A stretch of DNA of 32,000 bases from Vibrio maritimus (lineage in GTDB: Bacteria > Pseudomonadota > Gammaproteobacteria > Enterobacterales > Vibrionaceae), in contig NZ_CP090438.1 of assembly GCF_021441885.1 (NCBI RefSeq), forward strand, positions 1,803,730 through 1,835,729, given 5' to 3'. The translations under genes and the position numbers were made by a program. Position 1 is the first letter of the stretch, and every line of letters starts with the position of its first letter. This document shows, one piece after another, positions 14,723 to 25,116 of this stretch. The notes beneath the pieces were generated by a model. That model ran no database searches. It was given only the letters and a program-made list of their open reading frames with translations, and had not been told where the DNA came from.

Positions 14723-15232
14723 TTACGGCTCGTCCAGTAACCCAAGCTTTTTAGCCACCTTTATTAGGTCGAATGGCTGTTGAAATTGAGCTTGTATCTT
14801 TTGCACTTCCAAAATGTCGAGTCCTGAAATTTCCGAACTATAATCCACGTTTTCAACAAGATTGAGACTACTTCGAATTTCATCCAAAGTCATACCATTA
14901 GGGTATTCTTCAGATCGAATGGTTATCTGTGGGTATTGGTCTAAAATCTCAACCACTTTCAAACGTTCTTGTTCCGAGCACTTTTCTCTATTGTCCAAAG
15001 AAAGATATAGAAGCACCTTTTTTTTATCGTCATTTCCTAATGATGAAAACCAGCTTGTAGTTGGAAATCTTTTTGAAGCCGCTCTTGATTGAAGTAAACA
15101 ATACTCAACTCGATTACCATAAGCTTGCATAGCATCAGACAAAGCTAAAGAACGTAACTCATTAGAGCCAGCATAAGAAAAAGGTAAGAAACACATTAAA
15201 AATAAGCAGGTTAAACCTTTACAAAGCCGCAT
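14723..15232 (-). CDS. Secreted 169-aa cargo protein (copy 2)
   Basis: Translation identical to copy 1. Confidence 0.75.
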   Translation of the reverse strand: MRLCKGLTCLFLMCFLPFSYAGSNELRSLALSDAMQAYGNRVEYCLLQSRAASKRFPTTSWFSSLGNDDKKKVLLYLSLDNREKCSEQERLKVVEILDQYPQITIRSEEYPNGMTLDEIRSSLNLVENVDYSSEISGLDILEVQKIQAQFQQPFDLIKVAKKLGLLDEP

Positions 15233-15560
15233 TTGATACGCACCTCCAAAATTCGCCCTCAGCAGTATAACTACCAGTTCTTAAGCTCATGGTTTCCGCA
15301 ATAGAAAATACACGCCCTTTTGCAGTTTTATTAATAGCGTTCAGAGTTTTACTAAACTCAACCCAATCATAGCCAGCTATACTCAGCATGGTTTGACTCG
15401 TATTTGCTTTACCAAGAAACAAATCAAACAATGGAACGGTGCTCGTTGCAACTGCTAGCATGTTCGCCCTATCTACGATATCTCTAATCTCATCAACTGC
15501 CTCTATACTTTCACGAGACAATTTTAAATTATCAATCCGACAATACCCTACATTTGCCAT
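15219..15560 (-). CDS. 113-aa cargo protein (copy 2)
   Basis: Translation identical to copy 1. Confidence 0.7.
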   Translation of the reverse strand: MANVGYCRIDNLKLSRESIEAVDEIRDIVDRANMLAVATSTVPLFDLFLGKANTSQTMLSIAGYDWVEFSKTLNAINKTAKGRVFSIAETMSLRTGSYTAEGEFWRCVSNAAL

Positions 15561-15609
15561 TTATTAAGCCCTTATGAAACCAATATAGTATCGTAAATCT
15601 TACTATACA

Positions 15610-15765
15610 CTAAGAAGCCTTTTCTAATCTCCTCTCAAGCTCTCGAATAACACGGCAAAGCTCAACAATTCGCTCAAACATTAAAGACGAAGGCTCACGT
15701 TCGTAAGCCTCCATAGCTAAAGCTAATTCATCACGCAAACGAGATAAAGAAAAATCCAAAACCAT
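15610..15765 (-). CDS. 51-aa helical small protein (copy 2)
   Basis: Copy 1 +9351; DNA checked identical by eye. Confidence 0.5.
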   Translation of the reverse strand: MVLDFSLSRLRDELALAMEAYEREPSSLMFERIVELCRVIRELERRLEKAS

Positions 15766-16941
15766 CTAGTCACCACCAAACGCCGATGAAAAAGACGAAG
15801 CTAAATCAATATTAGGATGTTGGCCTGTAGGCCGTTCACCCTCGCAGTAAACGAAATCTGAATAGCCCTCAAACTTCAATTCAACCAAACAAGGACCCAT
15901 TACCGCCACATCATAGCCTGCCATATATAAGTCCTGAAGCTTCAAGGGGAATTCATAACGAGATTTATTCACTGCCTTAAAATAAACCTCTGTTTGTCGA
16001 TGCAAACGCCCTCTATCGTCTTTGTAGAACGAATCAGACGACCCTGTGATAGCCAGTTGAAGTTTACCAAATGGATGCACTGTATCAGCCTTACGCTGCC
16101 TAGAAGACGGTCTTTTCTTCTCTGGCTCTGAATTTTGCTTATCTTCCACTACGACACGCTTAGATTCTACTACGGGCTCAGGCTCTGATTTGTTGCCAAA
16201 CAACGCTAAACCACTCGTTATAGACATAGGCAACGCAATGATAATTGCAGGGATACCTACCCAGAAATACCAACGCTTCCAGATAGGCTTAATGTCACTA
16301 GCGTGAGCTTCATTCACCGATTGGTCAGATTGAGTATGCGAAGTATAGAACGGGAAAAATCGAGGCTTATATGTTCGAACGTTGGTGTTCAACTCAGCAG
16401 GCCGACCCTCAGCACCGTCTAATACTTTTTGCGTATAAGTTTTATCAGACCCAGCTGCGGAATGCTTCGACACTCGATACTGAATTTGTATCATTGCTCG
16501 AACATCTTTGTGAAGTTTTCCAAGGCTTTGAGTCATTAACAAAATATCATGGCCATAATGACGGTGCATCGACATATATTCCAATACATCCGCCAAATTC
16601 TCAGATGCTTTCTTGCCTCTGCCTTGACTAGGTAAAACAAAGTGACATTCATCAATGACGAACAATGCACCAACGCCCTCGTCATTCTTCCACTCGTCAG
16701 ACGTAAAACAATCCTTTGTAGAGAAAGCTTTGACCGCCCCAACCTCACGGGAATAGCTATCTTCTCGAACCTCGATAAGATCTAATATTTCCTTGCCAAA
16801 AACCGATTCGAAATGATCTAAATTTAAAGGCACATTAGTGATAACTTTGCGCCCTTCCTTAAGCGCAGGAATGATGTGATACACCACAGATTCGTAAGAT
16901 TTACCCGAACCTGGTCTACCCACGATAATGTTAATTGGCAT
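15766..16941 (-). CDS. Zot/pI-family assembly ATPase (copy 2)
   Basis: Translation identical to copy 1. Confidence 0.9.
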   Translation of the reverse strand: MPINIIVGRPGSGKSYESVVYHIIPALKEGRKVITNVPLNLDHFESVFGKEILDLIEVREDSYSREVGAVKAFSTKDCFTSDEWKNDEGVGALFVIDECHFVLPSQGRGKKASENLADVLEYMSMHRHYGHDILLMTQSLGKLHKDVRAMIQIQYRVSKHSAAGSDKTYTQKVLDGAEGRPAELNTNVRTYKPRFFPFYTSHTQSDQSVNEAHASDIKPIWKRWYFWVGIPAIIIALPMSITSGLALFGNKSEPEPVVESKRVVVEDKQNSEPEKKRPSSRQRKADTVHPFGKLQLAITGSSDSFYKDDRGRLHRQTEVYFKAVNKSRYEFPLKLQDLYMAGYDVAVMGPCLVELKFEGYSDFVYCEGERPTGQHPNIDLASSFSSAFGGD

Positions 16942-16951
16942 CAGTCACCCC

Positions 16952-17269
16952 CTAAGAACCTAAACGTGTAAACGGAATAATCTGCAAACCTAGACGAATC
17001 AAGATTGCAGACACGATAATTACACTTGCTTCATTCACGCCCACTAAAGCCATGATAGATTTTGCTTCGTCAGGAATCAGGTCGATATATTGAATCACGT
17101 TCAAGGCCGAAAACGCCGAACCAAAACCATTGATAGCAACTAAAGCTATCGATAACACGCTATCAAAAAAGAATATGCCAATATCTTTCAACAAATCGTA
17201 GAGCGACAATAAAATAGACAAGCAAAAGTTAACAAAGTCATTCCAACGCTCAGCAAACCAATCCAACAT
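16952..17269 (-). CDS. pVI-like membrane protein (copy 2)
   Basis: Translation identical to copy 1. Confidence 0.75.
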   Translation of the reverse strand: MLDWFAERWNDFVNFCLSILLSLYDLLKDIGIFFFDSVLSIALVAINGFGSAFSALNVIQYIDLIPDEAKSIMALVGVNEASVIIVSAILIRLGLQIIPFTRLGS

Positions 17270-17270
17270 A

Positions 17271-18965
17271 CTAACCTCCAAATACTAAGCGACGTGCTAA
17301 AAGTGCAGCCGTAAATAAAATGAACGCTCTAATCGCCAACCATACACGGCTATCAATTTCGATAGGCTGACAACCAAAATCAACAAAACCCAAATCAAAA
17401 CACATCGTCCAAGTAGGAATCCCTTCTGACACATAACTTAATTTAAAGGAATTGACCCAGCCAGATAAGGCTGTATTTTGAAAGTCATTATTAAAATTAT
17501 TCCAAACACCTTGAAAGCCATTTGGATAATTGGAAGTCCAAAAGCTTGAAGCTCTGCTACTATCAGGAGTCGTACTTATAGGAACGGTAGTTGTAGATAA
17601 ACCCCCTATTAATTCATTTGTTCTATCAATCCTCTCTTCAACCCCAGTCATATCAACATCAACGTTAATATTCATATTTTCTAGAAGTTGATTTGTCATA
17701 TCTAAACGTGATTCGATACCTGTTAAGTTTGAAACAGCAACGACACTACCGCCCTCAATAGGCGGGTCAATTGGAGGGTATATCGGTGGGTCAACTGGAA
17801 CATCAATATCAACTATTGGTTTAACACCATCGACAATAGGCTTAATAATATCTTCTGCAATAGTATCGGTATCAGGGTCACCCGTTAATATTCCAGAAAT
17901 AACAGAATTAATAGCATCACCATAAATAGGGTCGAAAATTGGCGGAAGCGGTCTATCAGAAGGCAATGACACAGGAGGGAGTCCAATAGCAGGAGGAATA
18001 GGAATGTTGTTATCATCAACAGGGATAACCACCGTATTATCGACAAAATATTGAGGAGGAACATCGACACAACCATCATTACCGCAATAACTTACGTCAG
18101 GGTCACTAAAATACCAAACAGGAATTTCATCATTGACTGCTTCATTATCTAAAACATCCTCAATTGCACCTTCCATTACAGAATCTTGTGTGGAAGCTAC
18201 AGGAAATAATACTTCAATTTCATTAATGCTTACACGATTTTTAATTGTTAACTCGCCATTAAAATGAACCTCATGGAAAAACTCACCCTTTAAGATAAAG
18301 GAATTACCTGACATCCCCCAGTGAATAATAGAGTGACTATCGAAACAACTTTTACGTCCTTGCTCTTCACCAACAGTCACCCATTGACCACAATCTGGCT
18401 CAAGATTATTATTTTCCCATGAGCGATATTTTAACCACCAATTATCAGATAACGCCTGTCCACAATCAAATAAAGTGTTTTTCCCGTTTTCATCAGCAAA
18501 ACCAACGTTAATAGGACAAACTAATTTAGTTCCTGTTTTATACAAACCTTTATCCCACGTAGAAGACCAACTACCATCTGCCATTTTAAAAGAAACACTC
18601 TTACCGCAATAATCCGATAAGAAACATTCGTCATCCTTGATTACCATCTCTCCGCCATCAAGATGAAAACCAACTTTTTCTAATGCATACGCCCAAGTTC
18701 CCCAAGGTCTAAGCGCATATTCAGAAGTCATATAATCTTTTATCATTGGAGTGGTAGCAACGGCGGCTGTAGCTAAAACACCTAAATCAGCACCATAATT
18801 AACCGCCATGCGAGCAACCAATGTTCTACCTGTCCACATCGCTGCTTGACCAGTCAGACCAACAACGACAGGAAAAAAAGCACGAGCTGGACGAACGGGA
18901 ATATAAACAATGAAAAAACAAAGAAAATATATCGATAGCCGCTTAATAATCATTTTGCCCACCAT
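17271..18965 (-). CDS. pIII-like minor coat / receptor-binding protein (copy 2)
   Basis: Translation identical to copy 1. Confidence 0.8.
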   Translation of the reverse strand: MVGKMIIKRLSIYFLCFFIVYIPVRPARAFFPVVVGLTGQAAMWTGRTLVARMAVNYGADLGVLATAAVATTPMIKDYMTSEYALRPWGTWAYALEKVGFHLDGGEMVIKDDECFLSDYCGKSVSFKMADGSWSSTWDKGLYKTGTKLVCPINVGFADENGKNTLFDCGQALSDNWWLKYRSWENNNLEPDCGQWVTVGEEQGRKSCFDSHSIIHWGMSGNSFILKGEFFHEVHFNGELTIKNRVSINEIEVLFPVASTQDSVMEGAIEDVLDNEAVNDEIPVWYFSDPDVSYCGNDGCVDVPPQYFVDNTVVIPVDDNNIPIPPAIGLPPVSLPSDRPLPPIFDPIYGDAINSVISGILTGDPDTDTIAEDIIKPIVDGVKPIVDIDVPVDPPIYPPIDPPIEGGSVVAVSNLTGIESRLDMTNQLLENMNINVDVDMTGVEERIDRTNELIGGLSTTTVPISTTPDSSRASSFWTSNYPNGFQGVWNNFNNDFQNTALSGWVNSFKLSYVSEGIPTWTMCFDLGFVDFGCQPIEIDSRVWLAIRAFILFTAALLARRLVFGG

Positions 18966-18989
18966 AAAAAAAGGGGCTTAAACGCCCCT
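18966..18989 (-). terminator. Candidate gVIII/gIII-type terminator (copy 2)
   Basis: Copy 1 +9351. Confidence 0.5.
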
Positions 18990-19076
18990 CATACCTAACA
19001 CAAATGCTATTCCAGCTAGACCGCCGATAACCATAACAGCGGAATAGAACTGGAGGGTAGATACCGCAACAATCAT
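18978..19076 (-). CDS. 32-aa hydrophobic small protein (copy 2)
   Basis: Copy 1 +9351; DNA checked identical by eye. Confidence 0.45.
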   Translation of the reverse strand: MIVAVSTLQFYSAVMVIGGLAGIAFVLGMRGV

Positions 19077-19285
19077 GCTCGACTAACGAGACGTTTAGCT
19101 AGGCTAATACCCTTAACAGCTAGCGCAATACCAACAATGACCACACCGGTAGTACCAATAAACGCTGTTACAGTAGAAAGGTCTACTGCTGCAAAAATTG
19201 AATCGATAGTTGTAGTGTCAGCCATTGCTTGAGGTGCAAGAGAAGCAAGAGTTAACGCTGCTATAGTTGAAGCTGCTTTTTTCAT
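19073..19285 (-). CDS. Major coat protein (copy 2)
   Basis: Translation identical to copy 1. Confidence 0.9.
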   Translation of the reverse strand: MKKAASTIAALTLASLAPQAMADTTTIDSIFAAVDLSTVTAFIGTTGVVIVGIALAVKGISLAKRLVSRA

Positions 19286-19297
19286 AATAAAATCCCT

Positions 19298-19534
19298 CTA
19301 TACGAGTTGTATCATTTTTTTAGCTATGCCAATGACAAAGCCACCAAAATAACCTACCACTACAACCGCACCAAAAGCCCAAGCGAAAACTAATCCAATA
19401 TCGGACGATGATACAAAAACGTGTGATAAATTATATTCATCGGCAGTCTGTAGAACATACGTAGAGCAATTTTCGATAGGTGTTTCACTAACATATAAAA
19501 AATCATCTACAGTTTTTTCAATACAAATTGCCAT
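19298..19534 (-). CDS. 78-aa membrane-anchored protein (copy 2)
   Basis: Translation identical to copy 1. Confidence 0.65.
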   Translation of the reverse strand: MAICIEKTVDDFLYVSETPIENCSTYVLQTADEYNLSHVFVSSSDIGLVFAWAFGAVVVVGYFGGFVIGIAKKMIQLV

Positions 19535-19543
19535 AATTAGAAC

Positions 19544-19831
19544 CTAAGTATTAGAAGCTACAGGAATTAGAGTAATATTACGCTCAAACTCTAAACGACC
19601 AAATTGACCTACTTTAAAAGACGTTTGGTCTAGGTAATATTTACCCGATGCATAATGTGTTTCATCTTCTTGAAGTGGTAAAGAAAATTCAACAGGGAAA
19701 CGACCGCCAAGATGAACAAAGGCAACTTGACTATATAGTTTCATTTCTGCCCTATCGCCTTTAGGTGGAATGGTGCGAATGTCTTTTGTTTCATTATCTT
19801 TAAATATTTCTACTATTAATGCGTTTTTCAT
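19544..19831 (-). CDS. ssDNA-binding protein, gV-like (copy 2)
   Basis: Translation identical to copy 1. Confidence 0.85.
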   Translation of the reverse strand: MKNALIVEIFKDNETKDIRTIPPKGDRAEMKLYSQVAFVHLGGRFPVEFSLPLQEDETHYASGKYYLDQTSFKVGQFGRLEFERNITLIPVASNT

Positions 19832-19840
19832 AATAATTAC

Positions 19841-20236
19841 CTATGCTACTAAACTAATTACGCTATCTTCTTGACCGTATAATTTGGTGATATCCCCTGC
19901 TTGAGGCTCTATCCAGTCAGACGGTCTTTGCTGACTAAAATCAATTTCTATAACTTGTAATAAAGGAACTACGTTATCCTTACCGTGCCCTTTGAGGTTT
20001 TGAAGTTGAGCTTTAGAAAATCCAACTTCCAATAATGGATTTAATTGGTTATAAAATGACTTTTTATTTGATTTACTAAAAGAATCAAAAACTGCGTGAT
20101 AACCATCGCTAACAAGAGAACGATAGAATCTAAATATTCTATCTGCCTTAGAATAAGTAATATTGCCTTTCTTAGTGACAGTAAAAAATTCTTTCTTTAG
20201 TGTGTTATGTACTTGTTCATCATTAAATATGTTCAT
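19841..20236 (-). CDS. Gene X-like internal product (copy 2)
   Basis: Copy 1 +9351. Confidence 0.55.
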   Translation of the reverse strand: MNIFNDEQVHNTLKKEFFTVTKKGNITYSKADRIFRFYRSLVSDGYHAVFDSFSKSNKKSFYNQLNPLLEVGFSKAQLQNLKGHGKDNVVPLLQVIEIDFSQQRPSDWIEPQAGDITKLYGQEDSVISLVA

Positions 20237-21145
20237 TTTTTGACCCTCCAATGCCTCCATTAATGGCGAAAATGCTTTAATCCAAATATCTTTAATTAAA
20301 CAACGTCCGTCTTTTTCATACTCTAATTGAAACCGACAAGCTTCAAATAGGTTTTTGGGTATATTAAACTCATCTAAATATCTACGCTTAGCACTTGCTT
20401 CAAAGCGGATTAAATTTCTAGCAAAGTTAATTAATTCAGGGTTAGACATAACATCAATAACTCTATCATGCGTACGGTCTCCCTTTTCCTGTAAAGAACG
20501 CAAGCTATTAAGCTGTCTATTAAATTCACAACCCTTTAAATATGCCTTTCTATCTACATGACGTGAGCCACGACTAAAGTAACAAGTAGTTTCATGTTCA
20601 TTTCTAACACTAGCTCTCATATGCTTATTGGAGACTGATTTTAACTGACCAATAACTTGCTTAGCTTGTAAATCTGTTTTTGCTCTAGCTGAAAATGTGC
20701 AATCTATAGCATCTAGTGTAGTTCTATAGATGTCTAACATTTCGTAAAAATCTGGATAAGCATGATAAAGAGCCATGAGCATTTCATAAGAACCGACCAC
20801 CATCTGAGTAGAGCCGTAAACGTTATGACCTTGAAGAATTTTAGCTGGAGAGGCTTTTAGCTCGACACAGGCATCTCGTAACTTTGTACCTTGAAAAATT
20901 TTGAACGCAATACCAGTAAAAGAAGTCGGAAGCGTTTGATATGGGTGACGCAAATCTGCAACTTCAAGCTCATCCTGAGAGCCTGAGCCAGTAAAAAAAA
21001 TAGACTTAGCTTCAAGACCAACACCCCCAATCAAAGAGCAAGCACGTATATCAACATAAGATACAAACTCACCCTTAGAACTTTGTTGAGTTTCCAAAAG
21101 ATAGTCTTGCTTGAATGGTATTGAAATTTTAAGCATGTCTATCAT
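19841..21145 (-). CDS. Replication initiator, gII-like (copy 2)
   Basis: Translation identical to copy 1. Confidence 0.9.
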   Translation of the reverse strand: MIDMLKISIPFKQDYLLETQQSSKGEFVSYVDIRACSLIGGVGLEAKSIFFTGSGSQDELEVADLRHPYQTLPTSFTGIAFKIFQGTKLRDACVELKASPAKILQGHNVYGSTQMVVGSYEMLMALYHAYPDFYEMLDIYRTTLDAIDCTFSARAKTDLQAKQVIGQLKSVSNKHMRASVRNEHETTCYFSRGSRHVDRKAYLKGCEFNRQLNSLRSLQEKGDRTHDRVIDVMSNPELINFARNLIRFEASAKRRYLDEFNIPKNLFEACRFQLEYEKDGRCLIKDIWIKAFSPLMEALEGQKMNIFNDEQVHNTLKKEFFTVTKKGNITYSKADRIFRFYRSLVSDGYHAVFDSFSKSNKKSFYNQLNPLLEVGFSKAQLQNLKGHGKDNVVPLLQVIEIDFSQQRPSDWIEPQAGDITKLYGQEDSVISLVA

Positions 21146-21163
21146 GAGACCCCTTCTATACAT

Positions 21164-21290
21164 CCATACCTACATTTATCTATAGAATCGACCATGAAAA
21201 TCAATCTGTCCATACAAAAATACATGTATACACGTGTAACTGTGTTAGAAATCACATAAAATACAAAAAAATGTAAAGGTATGAAGAACC
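21164..21290. promoter_or_regulatory. Divergent promoter/operator region (copy 2)
   Basis: Copy 1 +9351. Confidence 0.45.
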
Positions 21291-21476
21291 ATGACACAAC
21301 GAACAACTATGCAAGTAACAGAGAAAAGAAAGCAGAAGCTAGAAAGAGCAGCTATAGAGATAAGCTACAGAACGGGAAAGCCGATAAAATGGACTGAACT
21401 AGCAAACAAACTTTTCGACGAAAAATTAGATGAACTGAAAAAAGACATGATAAATGAACGTGGCATAACAAAATGA
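21291..21476 (+). CDS. RHH-like regulator (copy 2)
   Basis: Translation identical to copy 1. Confidence 0.55.
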   Translation: MTQRTTMQVTEKRKQKLERAAIEISYRTGKPIKWTELANKLFDEKLDELKKDMINERGITK

Positions 21477-21569
21477 CACAAGAGCCCAGGAGATCAAATA
21501 GGAAGTGAAAGTGTAATATTTACACAAAAGTACACTATTAAAGATAGTGTACCCTCTCTTTGCATTAGC

Positions 21570-21644
21570 GAAAGCTAATCCACAAAATCAAGGCAACCAC
21601 CCCGCAAGCGGGGCCCCCTCCTTTAATTTTGTGGATTAGCTTTC
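21570..21644. other. 75-nt compound hairpin (copy 2)
   Basis: Copy 1 +9351; checked by eye. Confidence 0.6.
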
Positions 21645-21859
21645 TTAACTGAAAAATCGACGGGTTGCAGTGGCAGAAATCGCCTCTTTCGTGGTGAGTC
21701 TCTGCAAGGCTGGCTTAACAGAAAGGAAGGGTATTTATTTTTTGTCTTTGAATGGAGATTGGCTTCGGGCGTTTGGAGGAGTCATACCCAAGAACTACAA
21801 CAAGCGCCCTTTTATCGCTGCGCGATGAAGTTAGATTTAGGGTTCAACTGCTTTCTTAG

Positions 21860-22108
21860 TTAAATGATAGGCCTAAAACGAATTACATGATTATCTCGAA
21901 TTGTAATCGTTTCACCTCTGCGATTCTCACTCAATTTTTCTTTTCTGGTTTTTGCCAAGAAATCACCAAGCTCTGAAATCTCGATAAATTCACGATCTAA
22001 CAAAGCCCTGGCCATTTCATCAAAAGTTACTTCAAAAAGAACAGAAATGCTCTTTTGGTCTAAGTCGTACTTAGTTGAAATTCTTGAGATTAATTCAGTT
22101 TTGTTCAT
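21860..22108 (-). CDS. HU/IHF-like DNA-binding protein (copy 2)
   Basis: Translation identical to copy 1. Confidence 0.65.
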   Translation of the reverse strand: MNKTELISRISTKYDLDQKSISVLFEVTFDEMARALLDREFIEISELGDFLAKTRKEKLSENRRGETITIRDNHVIRFRPII

Positions 22109-22162
22109 TGTGGCTTACCTCATTCACATAAGAATAACTACAATACCACACCGTCATAACTT

Positions 22163-22190
22163 AATGCGCATTATCGAAATTATGTTACGG
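22163..22190 (+). other. dif-like site 1 of attP (copy 2)
   Basis: Copy 1 +9351; checked by eye. Confidence 0.7.
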
Positions 22191-22294
22191 GCTAACCTTG
22201 TAAAACGATTCTCCCTCCTAGCATGCACGGCCTTGACAGACCGACATTGAGCAAGTCTATCGCCCACTTTTTACTGCTGTTAGGCAAAGCAAAC

Positions 22295-22327
22295 CCTCAA
22301 CATAATTCCATGCAGATAATACGCACT
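22295..22327 (-). other. dif-like site 2 of attP (junction of units 2 and 3)
   Basis: Copy 1 +9351. Confidence 0.7.
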
Positions 22328-22346
22328 AAATCTGTAAGCGCAAAGT

Positions 22347-23864
22347 TGTAATGTCACTATTTACCAAAGTTAAAATGTCTCTTTAGCTCGTGGTCACTAA
22401 GCTTTACTTACAACCAGCTAAGGATGCGTTTAAGATGCTAGTGACTATGAATGATTCTGATATCAATCGTTTTAAAGTAATCCAAGATGTTTGCGATCGT
22501 AGGATCCGACGAGTCGACGCGGCAGACATCCTTGATTTGAGTGTTCGCCAAGTTCAGAGGCTTATGAATCGCCTGAGGGAATTCGGTGCTGTAGGATTGA
22601 CTCACCAAGCTCGAGGTAAGCCAAGTAATAACCGCTATCCTAGTGACTACCGAGACACAGTTTTAAAACTGATTCGTGATCACTATTCTGATTTTTCTCC
22701 AACGCTTGCTAGAGAAAAACTATTGGAGTTACATAGCCTTCCAGTATCTAACGAGACCTTACGAAGTTGGATGATTGCAGATGGTTTATGGACGCCACAT
22801 TCGCAACGCAAGCCTAAAGTTTACCAACCTCGCTACCGACGTGATTGTTTGGGCGAGCTCGTTCAAATTGATGGCTCTCACCATGATTGGTTTGAAGGAC
22901 GCGCTGACAAATGTTGTTTACTGGTCTTTATCGATGATGCGACTGGCCGCCTGATGAATTTAAGGTTCAGCGAAACCGAATCGGCCTTTGATTACATGCT
23001 AACAACGAGAGAATATCTTAATGAACACGGCAAACCCGTAGCGTTCTACAGCGATAAGCATTCGATTTTTCGGGTGAATCAGGAAAAGCAAAAACAAGTC
23101 GGTCAAACTCAATATGCCCGTGTATTAAAAGAGTTAGGTATTGAACTGATATGTGCGAACAGCTCTCAAGCTAAAGGTCGTGTGGAGCGAGTAAACTTGA
23201 CGCTACAAGACCGACTCGTCAAAGAGATGCGCTTACAAGGAATTAACACCATCGAAGAAGCGAATGCTTGGCTTCCCTACTTCATTGCCGATTTCAATCG
23301 ACGCTTTGCTAAGCCGGCAATGTATCCGAAAAACATGCATCGAAAAGTGCGTGAAACCACACAGGAACTCGACGATATTTTCAGTTGGCAAGAAATACGT
23401 AAACTCTCTAAATCGTTGACATTTCAATATGACAAAGTGGTTTATCTTATTGAGCCAAATGAAGAAAATACTCGCTTAGTTCACGAGCATGTCAAAGTCT
23501 TAGACTATCCCAACGGAGACATTGCGATTGTGTATGGCCACAGAAAGTTGGAATTCAAAATTTTCGATAAGCTTGAGCATGTTCAACAAACCCAAATTGT
23601 CGACAACAAGCGATTAGGTCAAGTACTAAAGTTTGCTCAACAGCAGCAAGAAGAATTCGAGCGACAACAGAAACGCACACGGAGCAAAAAAGCCCCTAAA
23701 CGCAGAGCTCAACAAAGAGCGCTTCAGGAACAACTAAGGGCTATAAACCCAGTTCTCATCACACCAGAAACCTTCAAAGCATCTAAGAGTAAAACCTAAC
23801 TCACCTACTCTATTTAGCTCATAAAGAGACATTTCTACCTGGGAGAAAAGAGGACATTTTAAAA
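22347..23864 (+). mobile_element. ISNCY-like insertion sequence, copy 3
   Basis: Copy 1 +18702. Confidence 0.7.
22390..23799 (+). CDS. DDE transposase, ISNCY-like (copy 3)
   Basis: Translation identical to copy 1. Confidence 0.85.
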   Translation: MVTKLYLQPAKDAFKMLVTMNDSDINRFKVIQDVCDRRIRRVDAADILDLSVRQVQRLMNRLREFGAVGLTHQARGKPSNNRYPSDYRDTVLKLIRDHYSDFSPTLAREKLLELHSLPVSNETLRSWMIADGLWTPHSQRKPKVYQPRYRRDCLGELVQIDGSHHDWFEGRADKCCLLVFIDDATGRLMNLRFSETESAFDYMLTTREYLNEHGKPVAFYSDKHSIFRVNQEKQKQVGQTQYARVLKELGIELICANSSQAKGRVERVNLTLQDRLVKEMRLQGINTIEEANAWLPYFIADFNRRFAKPAMYPKNMHRKVRETTQELDDIFSWQEIRKLSKSLTFQYDKVVYLIEPNEENTRLVHEHVKVLDYPNGDIAIVYGHRKLEFKIFDKLEHVQQTQIVDNKRLGQVLKFAQQQQEEFERQQKRTRSKKAPKRRAQQRALQEQLRAINPVLITPETFKASKSKT

Positions 23865-24012
23865 TGGGATTGACAAAATCGAATTTATCCAAAACAGCAT
23901 TTTATCCTGTGGTTATCCCGTCAAACTTCACAAAATCCACTATCGAGACCCAAACCGGTCATGACTTTATACTGCCACCTCCGCTCTCAATGCGAAAAAC
24001 TTAGCACAAAAT

Positions 24013-24050
24013 AAAATGACATACCAATCGACTCAGTATGTCATTTTTTT
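24013..24050. terminator. Bidirectional terminator (copy 3)
   Basis: Copy 1 +18702. Confidence 0.75.
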
Positions 24051-24073
24051 ACTCTGTCCATTCTTTACAACGG

Positions 24074-24583
24074 TTACGGCTCGTCCAGTAACCCAAGCTT
24101 TTTAGCCACCTTTATTAGGTCGAATGGCTGTTGAAATTGAGCTTGTATCTTTTGCACTTCCAAAATGTCGAGTCCTGAAATTTCCGAACTATAATCCACG
24201 TTTTCAACAAGATTGAGACTACTTCGAATTTCATCCAAAGTCATACCATTAGGGTATTCTTCAGATCGAATGGTTATCTGTGGGTATTGGTCTAAAATCT
24301 CAACCACTTTCAAACGTTCTTGTTCCGAGCACTTTTCTCTATTGTCCAAAGAAAGATATAGAAGCACCTTTTTTTTATCGTCATTTCCTAATGATGAAAA
24401 CCAGCTTGTAGTTGGAAATCTTTTTGAAGCCGCTCTTGATTGAAGTAAACAATACTCAACTCGATTACCATAAGCTTGCATAGCATCAGACAAAGCTAAA
24501 GAACGTAACTCATTAGAGCCAGCATAAGAAAAAGGTAAGAAACACATTAAAAATAAGCAGGTTAAACCTTTACAAAGCCGCAT
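24074..24583 (-). CDS. Secreted 169-aa cargo protein (copy 3)
   Basis: Translation identical to copy 1. Confidence 0.75.
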   Translation of the reverse strand: MRLCKGLTCLFLMCFLPFSYAGSNELRSLALSDAMQAYGNRVEYCLLQSRAASKRFPTTSWFSSLGNDDKKKVLLYLSLDNREKCSEQERLKVVEILDQYPQITIRSEEYPNGMTLDEIRSSLNLVENVDYSSEISGLDILEVQKIQAQFQQPFDLIKVAKKLGLLDEP

Positions 24584-24911
24584 TTGATACGCACCTCCAA
24601 AATTCGCCCTCAGCAGTATAACTACCAGTTCTTAAGCTCATGGTTTCCGCAATAGAAAATACACGCCCTTTTGCAGTTTTATTAATAGCGTTCAGAGTTT
24701 TACTAAACTCAACCCAATCATAGCCAGCTATACTCAGCATGGTTTGACTCGTATTTGCTTTACCAAGAAACAAATCAAACAATGGAACGGTGCTCGTTGC
24801 AACTGCTAGCATGTTCGCCCTATCTACGATATCTCTAATCTCATCAACTGCCTCTATACTTTCACGAGACAATTTTAAATTATCAATCCGACAATACCCT
24901 ACATTTGCCAT
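24570..24911 (-). CDS. 113-aa cargo protein (copy 3)
   Basis: Translation identical to copy 1. Confidence 0.7.
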   Translation of the reverse strand: MANVGYCRIDNLKLSRESIEAVDEIRDIVDRANMLAVATSTVPLFDLFLGKANTSQTMLSIAGYDWVEFSKTLNAINKTAKGRVFSIAETMSLRTGSYTAEGEFWRCVSNAAL

Positions 24912-24960
24912 TTATTAAGCCCTTATGAAACCAATATAGTATCGTAAATCTTACTATACA

Positions 24961-25116
24961 CTAAGAAGCCTTTTCTAATCTCCTCTCAAGCTCTCGAATA
25001 ACACGGCAAAGCTCAACAATTCGCTCAAACATTAAAGACGAAGGCTCACGTTCGTAAGCCTCCATAGCTAAAGCTAATTCATCACGCAAACGAGATAAAG
25101 AAAAATCCAAAACCAT
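24961..25116 (-). CDS. 51-aa helical small protein (copy 3)
   Basis: Copy 1 +18702. Confidence 0.5.
   Translation of the reverse strand: MVLDFSLSRLRDELALAMEAYEREPSSLMFERIVELCRVIRELERRLEKAS

Larger units (their letters stand above)
12963..22313 (-). mobile_element. Filamentous prophage unit 2 (identical)
   Basis: Unit 1 +9351. Confidence 0.9.
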